A stretch of DNA of 64,000 bases from the NCBI GenBank assembly GCA_965660305.1, contig CBFHZD010000001.1, positions 115,040 through 179,039 on the forward strand. The letters are read 5' to 3'. A program made the translations under genes and the position numbers. Source of the stretch: Flavobacteriales bacterium. GTDB lineage: Bacteria > Bacteroidota > Bacteroidia > Flavobacteriales_D > CAJJDF01. Positions 9,193 through 17,858 of this stretch are shown here, piece after piece (within the stretch, counting starts at the first letter, position 1; every line of letters starts with the position of its first letter). The notes beneath the pieces were generated by a model. That model worked only from the letters and a program-made list of their open reading frames with translations, made no database searches and was not told the origin of the DNA.

Positions 9193-10710
9193 TTATTTTA
9201 TTGGTATTTTTATGAAAATTGTTGTCCCTACGTTTTCAATGCTTTTTAAAGAAAGTTCTCCTTTCAACAAAGAAATATAACTTTTTACAATATTCAAACC
9301 TAAACCTGTACCTTGAATATTTTCTGCGTTCTCTGCTCTATAAAACCTATCAAACAGTTTAGACTGGGCCAATTCAGGAATACCAATCCCTTTGTCAGTC
9401 ACATTTATCTCTAAGTATTGTTTGGTACCTGCAACATCCATGACCACGTCTTTTTCTGAGTATTTCAAGGCATTGGACAGTATATTTGACAACACTACTC
9501 TCAGTATTTTTTGATCTAATTCCAAATTTTCCTCACCGGCAAAGTTGACAATTATTTCTCTATTTTCACCTTTCAGTCCATCTGTTTCAGCTATCACCTC
9601 AGCTAATAAGTCATGAATATTGGTCATTTCTGGGTTTACCGCTATCATGTTTTCTTCAATTCTGCTAATGGTAAGCGTATCGTTCAGCATGTTGGTCAAG
9701 TTCCTGATGTTCTTCTTTATTTTTTCAAAATGTGCTTTTTTCTTTTCCTCATTTCCAAGTTCGTCATACTTTTCTATCAACGAAATGGAAGACAAAATTG
9801 TACTCAATGGAGTTCTGAACTCATGAGATGCCATGGAAACAAACTGTGACTTCATCTCACTCAATTCCTTTTCCTTAAGAAGCGATTGCTTCATTTTTTC
9901 TTCTATATTTTTTACTTTAGTTACGTTATTCTCTACGATCAAAATATGTGAAACAGCTGTTTCTTTTTCATAGACAAGCGGAACAACATGAGCTTGGTAA
10001 ACACTTCTTCTTTTTTTGATTTCAAAACTCACAACCTCACCCTCAAAAGCTTTTTTTATTTTTTCTTTTACCTCTTCCTTATTGTCGCTATTGAAAGAAT
10101 CTAAATAGTTTTTATTCAATAAATATTTACTCTTCACCCCACTTTTGGTGAGCTCCTCACCTTCAGCAAAAGTAAATTTAAGATCCCTGTCCAACACACA
10201 AATAATACCATTGGGAAAATTTTTTGAAATGAGACTAAATAAAACTTGGTTTTCATTTAATTTCCTTGTTCTCTCCATTACTTTTACTTCCAACTCTGTA
10301 TTCAAGTCTTGAATAGCAACCTCTTGAGATTTTCTTGTGGTGATGTCAGTCAAAAGAGCCATTACAAAAAATTCATCCTCAATGGTCATGTGATTCAAGC
10401 TAATCTCAATCGGAAATTTATCCCCGTTTTTTTTCAACCCATACAAATCTCTTCCTGCTCCCATTTGTTTTCGCTCAGGTTTTTTCGCATAGCCTTCACG
10501 ATTACCAACGTGACTTTTTTTGTACTCATTTGGAAGTAAAACCTCAATTTTCTGTTCCAAAAGTTCCTCTTTTTCGTAGCCAAATATCCTTGTGATTGAT
10601 TCATTTACCATTTTTATTTCACCTTGTTTATTACAAACTAAAATCCCCTCTGTGGAGGACTCAAAAATAAGCTTGTAAACATCTATGTGGCTAAACTTTT
10701 TTTCTTCCAT
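9193..10710 (-). CDS. Soluble PAS-PAS sensor histidine kinase (HisKA + HATPase_c)
   Basis: No TM segment. N-terminal PAS has a FixL-like H...GxGR...G..FP signature. H-box is SHEFRTPLS. N, G1 and G2 boxes are present (NALKYS, DKGIGI, GTGLGL). Confidence 0.88.
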   Translation of the reverse strand: MEEKKFSHIDVYKLIFESSTEGILVCNKQGEIKMVNESITRIFGYEKEELLEQKIEVLLPNEYKKSHVGNREGYAKKPERKQMGAGRDLYGLKKNGDKFPIEISLNHMTIEDEFFVMALLTDITTRKSQEVAIQDLNTELEVKVMERTRKLNENQVLFSLISKNFPNGIICVLDRDLKFTFAEGEELTKSGVKSKYLLNKNYLDSFNSDNKEEVKEKIKKAFEGEVVSFEIKKRRSVYQAHVVPLVYEKETAVSHILIVENNVTKVKNIEEKMKQSLLKEKELSEMKSQFVSMASHEFRTPLSTILSSISLIEKYDELGNEEKKKAHFEKIKKNIRNLTNMLNDTLTISRIEENMIAVNPEMTNIHDLLAEVIAETDGLKGENREIIVNFAGEENLELDQKILRVVLSNILSNALKYSEKDVVMDVAGTKQYLEINVTDKGIGIPELAQSKLFDRFYRAENAENIQGTGLGLNIVKSYISLLKGELSLKSIENVGTTIFIKIPIK

Positions 10711-10713
10711 TTA

Positions 10714-12036
10714 TTATATCATTCCTCTTGATTTTAACTCAAGATATTTATTAATTGTATTTACGGATAATTCTTCTGGTTTGGTCAAAATAGATTGGAT
10801 TCCAAATTTTCGAAGTTCCTGAACCATTCTTTTTTTATCGTTATTAAATTTTCGGGCAAAAGTTTGTAGATAAATATCAGAAACTGTTTCACTTTTCATT
10901 TCAGAAGCCTTAGAAATCTCTGTATTTTCAAAAAAGACAACCACAATGAGGTAGCTCTTATTGAGTCTCCTTAAAATCGGCAAAGCTCTCGTTAGTGAAT
11001 AAAAGCTCTCGAAGTTTAAATACATAATGAGTAAACTTCTTCCCCTTACAGTTCTTTTTATGCTCTGATAAAGTAACTCGTAGTTAGCCTCCAAAAAAGC
11101 AGTTTTTTGGTTGTATAGCACCTCCATCATTTTTTTCAAATGCGTAGCGCTTCTCGATGCTTTTACTTGTGCACCAATTTTGTCAGAAAAAGTGATCAAC
11201 CCAGCTTTATCCCCTTTTTTCAAAGCGATATTACTCATGACCAAAGTGGAATTTATCGCATGATCCAATAGGGTCAGCCCTTCAAAAGGCATTTTCATCG
11301 ACCTACTTTTATCTATCACACAATACACTTGCTGCGATTTCTCATCTTGGTATTGATTCACCATCAACTTATTTCTACGACTAGTTGCCTTCCAATTGAT
11401 ATGTCGATAATTGTCTCCTTGCACGTAATCCTTAATTTGTTCAAATTCATTGGTATTTCCCAGCCTTCTCATTTTTTTTACTCCTTGGTTTTGAGAAGAT
11501 TTAGTAAAAACCTGAAACTCATGTTTGCGCATTTGCAACACCGAAGGATACACTCCTATTTCTAGAGGAATTTCTATTGTAAATCTTCGTTCTAACAATC
11601 CCAATACTGAAGAAACGAATACATTAACATTTCCAAAACTATACAACCCTCTTTCTGTGGGTTTGATGGTGTACAACAAAGTCCTATTTCCTTCAGGATT
11701 CAAAGAAAACTTAAAAGAACTATCTCTCCTCTGAAGTTGATAAGGCAATTCGTCTATCACCTCAATATCTAGCGGTACAGTATAACTAGAAGAGACAGTG
11801 AGCTCTATGTTGTTTTCATCTCCCAAACTCAAGGTTTCGTTCAATTTTCGCGTTACAGAGACTTCTTGTTTTCGGATAAAAAGGATAAGAATATCTACCA
11901 AAACAAGAGCAAACAAAACATAGAGCAAAACCTTGAAAATAGGAAATAGCACATTCCACCCAAAGCTCAAGGCAAAACCAACGGCTAGCAGGAGCAGGAA
12001 AAGAAAGATTCTATTTTTTAAAAACAAGGATTTCAT
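10714..12036 (-). CDS. DUF58 family protein (membrane-anchored, vWA-like with DxSxS)
   Basis: Two N-terminal TM helices. DUF58 signature YVQGDNYRHINWKATSR is followed by VIDKSRSM (DxSxS). Follows the MoxR gene. Confidence 0.8.
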   Translation of the reverse strand: MKSLFLKNRIFLFLLLLAVGFALSFGWNVLFPIFKVLLYVLFALVLVDILILFIRKQEVSVTRKLNETLSLGDENNIELTVSSSYTVPLDIEVIDELPYQLQRRDSSFKFSLNPEGNRTLLYTIKPTERGLYSFGNVNVFVSSVLGLLERRFTIEIPLEIGVYPSVLQMRKHEFQVFTKSSQNQGVKKMRRLGNTNEFEQIKDYVQGDNYRHINWKATSRRNKLMVNQYQDEKSQQVYCVIDKSRSMKMPFEGLTLLDHAINSTLVMSNIALKKGDKAGLITFSDKIGAQVKASRSATHLKKMMEVLYNQKTAFLEANYELLYQSIKRTVRGRSLLIMYLNFESFYSLTRALPILRRLNKSYLIVVVFFENTEISKASEMKSETVSDIYLQTFARKFNNDKKRMVQELRKFGIQSILTKPEELSVNTINKYLELKSRGMI

Positions 12037-12047
12037 TCACCAAATAA

Positions 12048-13145
12048 TTAACGAGGCACTTCAATTTTATGTATAATTTCATTGATGACTGAGGTAGGGT
12101 TCATTCCCTCCATTTCTGCCTCTGGGGTCAAAATAATTCTGTGATTTAGAACTTGTGGCGCAATCGTTTGAATATCGTCTGGAGTTATGAAATCTCTTCC
12201 TCGTATAGCAGCCAACGCCTTGGAGGCTTTTGCCATTGCCAATGATGCTCTAGGCGAAGCTCCTAAATAAAGTTTAGCATGATTTCGGGTATTGTGCGTA
12301 ATTTGAGCTATGTAGGACAGTAATTGTTCTTCTATTTTCACTTCATTTACCAACTCTTGAATTTTTTGCAAATCTGTTTTGGTAAACACCTTTTGGATAG
12401 TAGCTAAATCGGGCGAAAGAGAAGTATTCTTGTAACGAGCAAGAATTTGTTGTTCTTCTGCCAAAGTAGGATATTCCAGATTTATTTTAAATAAAAACCG
12501 ATCCAATTGTGCCTCGGGCAAACTGTACGTTCCTTCTTGCTCCACTGGGTTTTGTGTTGCAATTATCAAAAAAGGATACTCCATTTCATACTGCACTCCT
12601 TCAAAGGTTATTTGTCTTTCTTCCATTACCTCAAACAAAGCAGATTGTGTTTTTGCCGGAGAACGATTTACCTCATCAATCAATATTATATTTGAAAAAA
12701 TTGGCCCTTTATGAAAAGTAAACTCCGAAGATTTCATATTAAAAACAGAAGTCCCAATGATATCGGATGGCATCAAATCAGGGGTAAATTGGATTCTAGA
12801 AAAATCAGTATCCAAACACCTCGAAAGCACTTTGGCAGATAAAGTTTTAGCAATTCCAGGAACTCCTTCCAACAAAATATGACCATTCGTAAAGATTCCA
12901 ATAAGCAATAAATCAATAACATCTTGCTGACCTATAATAAAACCGCTGGCTTGAGCCCTGGCCTCCTCCACTTTTTGTTTTACAAAAGACAACTCAAGCG
13001 AAGATTCAAACTGAAGATTCTGCTCAGTCGATTCAGGAATAACCTGGGATTCATTCTCATTCTGGTTTTCCAAAGGTTTCTCTGCCTCCGGCTTTACCTC
13101 CGTTTCCGAAACTTGTTCTGGTTCTTTATTCATTTCTTCTTCCAT
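12048..13145 (-). CDS. MoxR-family AAA+ ATPase
   Basis: Walker A GVPGIAKT and Walker B ILIDEVNR are present, with MoxR-like ATQNPVEQEGTYSLPEAQLDRF. Has an acidic extension of about 55 aa at the N-terminus. Confidence 0.9.
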   Translation of the reverse strand: MEEEMNKEPEQVSETEVKPEAEKPLENQNENESQVIPESTEQNLQFESSLELSFVKQKVEEARAQASGFIIGQQDVIDLLLIGIFTNGHILLEGVPGIAKTLSAKVLSRCLDTDFSRIQFTPDLMPSDIIGTSVFNMKSSEFTFHKGPIFSNIILIDEVNRSPAKTQSALFEVMEERQITFEGVQYEMEYPFLIIATQNPVEQEGTYSLPEAQLDRFLFKINLEYPTLAEEQQILARYKNTSLSPDLATIQKVFTKTDLQKIQELVNEVKIEEQLLSYIAQITHNTRNHAKLYLGASPRASLAMAKASKALAAIRGRDFITPDDIQTIAPQVLNHRIILTPEAEMEGMNPTSVINEIIHKIEVPR

Positions 13146-13152
13146 GTGCTTG

Positions 13153-14418
13153 TTATTTACAGTGTTTATAAAAATATTCTATCTTTTTGTGCAGTTCTAT
13201 GAGTTCTTGGGATGAAAAACTATAGGACTTTTTTGCTCTTTTAAACTCCTTAAAAATCTCTTCCACTTTCTCTTTTTTGATGTCCGATTTTAGTGCAATC
13301 AGTTCAATAAATTCTGGTGTAAATGTGGCCGAGGAAAGGTAATATTTATCCTTCACAAAGTTTAAAAAACTCTGTCGATAGTGCTTTATAAATTTATAAT
13401 GTTTTTCTTGCCTCAGGTACAGTAGGCTCACATTCTCGACAAACTCTAGCGAGCTATTTGTATTGGGTTCAATAGTCGGGATAATTTCTTGCCTTCGCTT
13501 TACCTTGAATAAAACATAGACGATTAATCCCAAAACCAAAATGAGATAAGCATGGCGTAAATTTCTATCGTTTAGAATATACTGAATGGGACTTTCTTTT
13601 ATGATTTCATCGGAATTCGTAGTGTTTTCTTCAGTAAACTCATCCCATCTATTCGTGTGATTGTGCCAGTAATATTTCCCTTGAGGTAGGTGAGAAAAAA
13701 CCCGTTGCGCATATTCCAATCCGTCTTCATTAAACAATGATGCATTGTACAATAGCTCTGGCAACGAGTGCAAGTACAAAGTCCCTTGTCCATAATTTAG
13801 TTTCAAAAAAACGGGACCATCTAAATATGTTTCTGTGCCCAACACAGCTATTTCATTGATTTCACCAGTAAAATTTTCTAGATTAAAATAGTTCCAAGAT
13901 CGGTAATCCTTAAAATCATTGTCATATTGCGCATAAACATAAGGCAAATACAACGACAGTTCTGGATGAGTAAAATCAACGCTTATTTCGTCATTATAAT
14001 GCTCTGCTGTCATACTGGAGTAAGCAAAATAATTGGAAAAAACAGAATTGAAATCACGAACAGAAACCAACGCAGAATTCCCATTACTGACAAAACGCAG
14101 CAAAGTGTCAATGGACTTTGGAGATAAATTTATATCACTATCTATAAGCAAATAAGTGGCTGGCTTTTCGTTGAATGAGGTTGAAAGTGACGTATCCAAC
14201 TCATCATGTACAAATTGTAGCGTATCAATAAGCGGGTACTCTTTTAGCAATTCTTCCAAAATATGGAGTCCATCGCTATTCAAGTATTTCTGATACAAAG
14301 CTTTCTCACTTTCGCTCAGTTCAGCCGACTTAGAATCGGAAGGAAATAGAAAGTAAAAACCCACCATGAGCAACAGCACAACAGCAGCCAGTATCGATAT
14401 TTTGACTTTGTTACTCAT
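13153..14418 (-). CDS. Membrane protein, DUF4350-like (name from remembered synteny, not verified)
   Basis: N-terminal signal anchor, about 270-aa external domain, a second TM (AYLILVLGLIVYVLF) and a cytoplasmic tail. Occupies the DUF4350 slot of MoxR/DUF58 clusters. Confidence 0.5.
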   Translation of the reverse strand: MSNKVKISILAAVVLLLMVGFYFLFPSDSKSAELSESEKALYQKYLNSDGLHILEELLKEYPLIDTLQFVHDELDTSLSTSFNEKPATYLLIDSDINLSPKSIDTLLRFVSNGNSALVSVRDFNSVFSNYFAYSSMTAEHYNDEISVDFTHPELSLYLPYVYAQYDNDFKDYRSWNYFNLENFTGEINEIAVLGTETYLDGPVFLKLNYGQGTLYLHSLPELLYNASLFNEDGLEYAQRVFSHLPQGKYYWHNHTNRWDEFTEENTTNSDEIIKESPIQYILNDRNLRHAYLILVLGLIVYVLFKVKRRQEIIPTIEPNTNSSLEFVENVSLLYLRQEKHYKFIKHYRQSFLNFVKDKYYLSSATFTPEFIELIALKSDIKKEKVEEIFKEFKRAKKSYSFSSQELIELHKKIEYFYKHCK

Positions 14419-15289
14419 CCAGTTTTTTGACTAAATTTTTAAATCTGGGTTCAACTTGCTGGAACTCCATTTTATTCAATTGTCTTTCCCCGTACCATAC
14501 TATTTCATAGACAGAAACACATTTCTCGAAGGATTCAAAGTGAGGATTACCTCTCATTTCTGATAAAAATGAAAAATTTGTTTTTTCCTTCTCCCAAGAA
14601 ATATAATTCTTGTTGACTAACCCACGAATTACATATATAAAATAGACTCTAATGGCTTCGCGATAATCCTCATGTTGAAGCGCTTCTTCCAACAAAAGCT
14701 CAAGCTCAGTTTTTGGAATCTCTGTTGGTAATATTGAGTCTAAGTCTCGAATAATCTTTCTATTTCCTTTTGTTTCTTTTATTTTATTAAAAAACAAGAA
14801 AAATACTAAAGCTGTCAACGCCAAAACAACCAACACCAATATAACATTAGACCAAAATGGTGAAATGTGACCTGGATTGAAAACGTCTCCCGAATCGTTT
14901 GAGCTTCGCTGGTAGTTTTCCTTTTCTTTAGGAAGTCTTTTTATCTCTTTCGAATTCTTTTCCCTCCAATATCTTCTAAAAGCTCTTTGAGATTTACGGT
15001 ATGGGTTATCTTCTTGAGAAAGAGAGCTTCCATCCTGCCCTTCATACTCAACTCCCGAAATCTCATTGACAATATTCATCCTAATGCGCTCCCACTTTTG
15101 CTTATCAAATGGAACTATAGAAATTGAATCATTTAAATATCGTTTGTGAGCCTCGCTTTTTTCGTAATTGTTGTTGTAATTTATTTCCTCCAAATACTCA
15201 TCTATATCAAACTCAGCTTGTCCGTAAACTGGGTTCTGACCAACACAATACACTAAAAACAAAATGATATGTAATAGGTTCACTTTCAT
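14411..15289 (-). CDS. DUF4129-like membrane protein
   Basis: Signal peptide, a central TM (VILVLVVLALTALVFFLFF) and a C-terminal helical region (AIRVYFIYVIRGLVNKNYISWEKEKTN) resembling DUF4129. Confidence 0.5.
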   Translation of the reverse strand: MKVNLLHIILFLVYCVGQNPVYGQAEFDIDEYLEEINYNNNYEKSEAHKRYLNDSISIVPFDKQKWERIRMNIVNEISGVEYEGQDGSSLSQEDNPYRKSQRAFRRYWREKNSKEIKRLPKEKENYQRSSNDSGDVFNPGHISPFWSNVILVLVVLALTALVFFLFFNKIKETKGNRKIIRDLDSILPTEIPKTELELLLEEALQHEDYREAIRVYFIYVIRGLVNKNYISWEKEKTNFSFLSEMRGNPHFESFEKCVSVYEIVWYGERQLNKMEFQQVEPRFKNLVKKLDE

Positions 15290-17163
15290 TTATTTGATTC
15301 AAAATGTTTATTTCCCTTTCCAAAATCTTTTAACCTAGATTTTAACCCAAGTGCATTCTGCCTGTCGTGAATACTCATGTACTGAAAACTAATTGCTGCC
15401 ACAATAAGAGGCAATAAAACCTGAACCAAAACCAAGATAAGAAAAGCAGAAATGAAATTCTTGATAGCCAAAAAATCCTCAAATACAGTAATGGTATGCC
15501 AGTCGATAATTTTATCAATTACCAACGTTTTGATATCAACCCCCGGAAGAAATGGATTGTAATATACCCAAGAAAAAATGTAAGTCAATCCACAGATCAA
15601 AAGGAACGAACCAAGAGTTTGCCCCCAATCTTTTCTTCCGTATTTCAATCCAGTAGAAATCCCTTGTAAGAAACTCATTTCACCCGAAATACTAGGATAA
15701 AACAACAGGACTAGAAAGGGTGAACAAAAAATAATTACCCAGAAAAAACTACTAGGAACAAAGTACAAAAACCCGAGTAAGCCCGCTACCAATGGAATTG
15801 ATTTCAGTATATAAGGCCAAATTTCTTTCAGCCAAAGCGACCAATAACTCTTATTTTTTGGGTTTCCAATGTAAGTTAAACAATGAATGACAGTAGCAAT
15901 ATTTAAGGAAAGCAACAGGCCTATTACCGCAAACGAAAGCCAAGAAAAATGAATAGAAAGCCCAAATACCAACTCGAAGATTTCACTCGTTTCGAGGTAA
16001 TAATCTGAGTAAGGAGAAGAATAAAAAATCCAACCTAAATACACCAAAGAAAGTGGAGCAATAATGAGAAAAACAACTTTAGCAATGCTTGGAAAAAACA
16101 ATTTATAAAAACGGAATGTATCGTAAAACACCTGAGTCAAGTTTCGGATGGCATATTTTTTCAGTTTCCTGGATTCTATGTGTACAGGCTTTTCTTCAAT
16201 TCGGCTTTGATTGGCAAATTTACGTCCTAAATAAAAAGGATAAAACACGAAATACCCCAGAATAAAAGCGAGTGAAAATAGAATAATTAGCCATTTTGCT
16301 AAATCGGGCATTTCGGTGTGGCGTGTCACATATCCTTCCAAAAAACCTGCCACTATAAATAAAGGGATAGTTCCCAATAGAATATTAATTCCACGTTTTG
16401 CATGAATTTGAAGAGACTGAGTTCGAGTAAGGGTTTTGGGGAATAAGAGTCCATTCCCCATAACGATTCCCGCAGCACCGGCAATGACAATAGCAGAGAT
16501 TTCGAGTGTTCCATGAATCCAAATCACCAAAAACGAAGTTAGCAACAACCCTTTTATGTAAAAGAAATACTGAAAATCACCAAGCATAAATCCATTACTC
16601 ACCAATAAAAACGCAGAACCTACTGAGAAAAATATCCCCATAATAAAGACTAGGAAAGCAACGCGGATGTTGTTGATGGTAATTTGTAAAAACATATCCC
16701 CTTCATTCATCTGTTTATAAACAGCCATGGGGTCTCCCTTGTTGATGTTATCAATGGTCATGTCCACATAATAATCACCCAAAATAATGCGCGAAAACTC
16801 GGGATCAATGTAAGATGAAACAGCCCCAATCAACACTGCAATAAAAAAGAAAAGAAAAGCAGTAAGAAAAGCCTTTCTACTTCGGTATATTTCCAAAGGC
16901 AACTTATGTTTCCAAAACTGCAAGAACGTGGAAGAAAATGAATTCTTAGTCTTTGAGAAAGAAAGAAAAACTTTTTGAGCTAAATAATTAAGGTAAACTC
17001 TCACCGACCTTTTTGGATAAAAAGTTTTGGCGTAGGACAAATCCTCTGTAATTTCAACAAAGAGTTCGCTTAACTTGTCCGGATCTTTTGATTTATTTTG
17101 AGACAATTTCTCGAACTCCTGCCACTTTTCCTTATTTTTTTCTATGAAATCGGTCTCCTTCAT
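15286..17163 (-). CDS. SpoIIM-like (DUF95) polytopic membrane protein with extra C-terminal polytopic half
   Basis: 625 aa. The N-terminal half has a cytoplasmic helical domain plus TM bundle, as in stage II sporulation protein M family proteins. The C-terminal ~300 aa contain further TM helices. Confidence 0.5.
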   Translation of the reverse strand: MKETDFIEKNKEKWQEFEKLSQNKSKDPDKLSELFVEITEDLSYAKTFYPKRSVRVYLNYLAQKVFLSFSKTKNSFSSTFLQFWKHKLPLEIYRSRKAFLTAFLFFFIAVLIGAVSSYIDPEFSRIILGDYYVDMTIDNINKGDPMAVYKQMNEGDMFLQITINNIRVAFLVFIMGIFFSVGSAFLLVSNGFMLGDFQYFFYIKGLLLTSFLVIWIHGTLEISAIVIAGAAGIVMGNGLLFPKTLTRTQSLQIHAKRGINILLGTIPLFIVAGFLEGYVTRHTEMPDLAKWLIILFSLAFILGYFVFYPFYLGRKFANQSRIEEKPVHIESRKLKKYAIRNLTQVFYDTFRFYKLFFPSIAKVVFLIIAPLSLVYLGWIFYSSPYSDYYLETSEIFELVFGLSIHFSWLSFAVIGLLLSLNIATVIHCLTYIGNPKNKSYWSLWLKEIWPYILKSIPLVAGLLGFLYFVPSSFFWVIIFCSPFLVLLFYPSISGEMSFLQGISTGLKYGRKDWGQTLGSFLLICGLTYIFSWVYYNPFLPGVDIKTLVIDKIIDWHTITVFEDFLAIKNFISAFLILVLVQVLLPLIVAAISFQYMSIHDRQNALGLKSRLKDFGKGNKHFESNK

Positions 17164-17316
17164 GTTTGGCCTATAATTACTCCGCTACGGAGGATTAAAT
17201 GTAGGAAATATTACTTAGTATTATCTTACCAAAGCTAGGTTTTTGGTCAAAAAAATAAGAATTATTGTTCTTGTAGTTATAAATTAAGTATGAATTGAAA
17301 GTTTATGAACAAATAC

Positions 17317-17348
17317 TTGTGAAAACTGAGAAGTTATATTTATATTTG
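17317..17348 (+). promoter_or_regulatory. Candidate Bacteroidota sigma-A promoter for rpsO (TTG ... TATATTTG)
   Basis: TTG at 17317-17319 and TAnnTTTG match (TATATTTG) at 17341-17348 with a 21-nt spacer, 36 nt upstream of the rpsO ATG. Confidence 0.4.
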
Positions 17349-17383
17349 CACTCTTAAAATAGAAAAGGTAACAACATTACACT

Positions 17384-17662
17384 ATGAATTTAGATAAAGA
17401 AATTAAAAAAGAAGCGTTTAAAACATACGGAGGTTCTGAGAAAAACACAGGTTCTTCAGCTGCACAGGTTGCTCTTTTTACTGAAAAAATCAAAAACTTA
17501 ACAGAGTATCTTAAAACGAACCGTAAAGATTACAATACACAAAGGTCATTGGTAATCATGGTAGGAAAAAGAAAGAAGCACTTAAGATACATCAGAAACA
17601 AAGATATTGTAGCTTACAGAGAGTTGATTGCGAAAGTTGGAATTAGAGATACATTCAAATAA
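17384..17662 (+). CDS. rpsO: 30S ribosomal protein S15
   Basis: 92 aa. S15 motifs GSSAAQVALFTEKIKNLTEYLK and DYNTQRSLVIMVGKRK are present. Followed by pnp as in most bacteria. Confidence 0.93.
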   Translation: MNLDKEIKKEAFKTYGGSEKNTGSSAAQVALFTEKIKNLTEYLKTNRKDYNTQRSLVIMVGKRKKHLRYIRNKDIVAYRELIAKVGIRDTFK

Positions 17663-17704
17663 GAATGATTATCAATCCAACCACAACAACCGAATAAACT
17701 TTTT

Positions 17705-17740
17705 AAATAAGGCAACCCTTAACGGTTGCCTTATTTGTTA
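17705..17740 (+). terminator. Rho-independent terminator/attenuator after rpsO
   Basis: Stem AAGGCAACC / GGTTGCCTT (extendable to about 13 bp) with a 6-nt loop, followed by a T-rich tract. Confidence 0.7.
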
Positions 17741-17769
17741 TACACCCATTTATAGTTTAGAAAAAAGAA

Positions 17770-17822
17770 TTGACCACAGGGGTCAAAATGTAAGAAGAGA
17801 TATTTTTTTTCAACTCTTCTTA
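17770..17822 (+). other. Two hairpins in the pnp 5' leader
   Basis: TTGACC-acagg-GGTCAA (17770-17786) and TAAGAAGAG-N14-CTCTTCTTA (17791-17822), ending 36 nt before the pnp ATG. Confidence 0.45.
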
Positions 17823-17858
17823 TTTGTACGAAACGGAAAAAAATAAAAAAACGTAACA

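Noticed and set aside
17628-17846. 72-aa plus-strand ORF between rpsO and pnp
   Set aside because: It overlaps the rpsO 3' end, reads through the rpsO terminator hairpin and the pnp leader hairpins, and has no protein-like composition.
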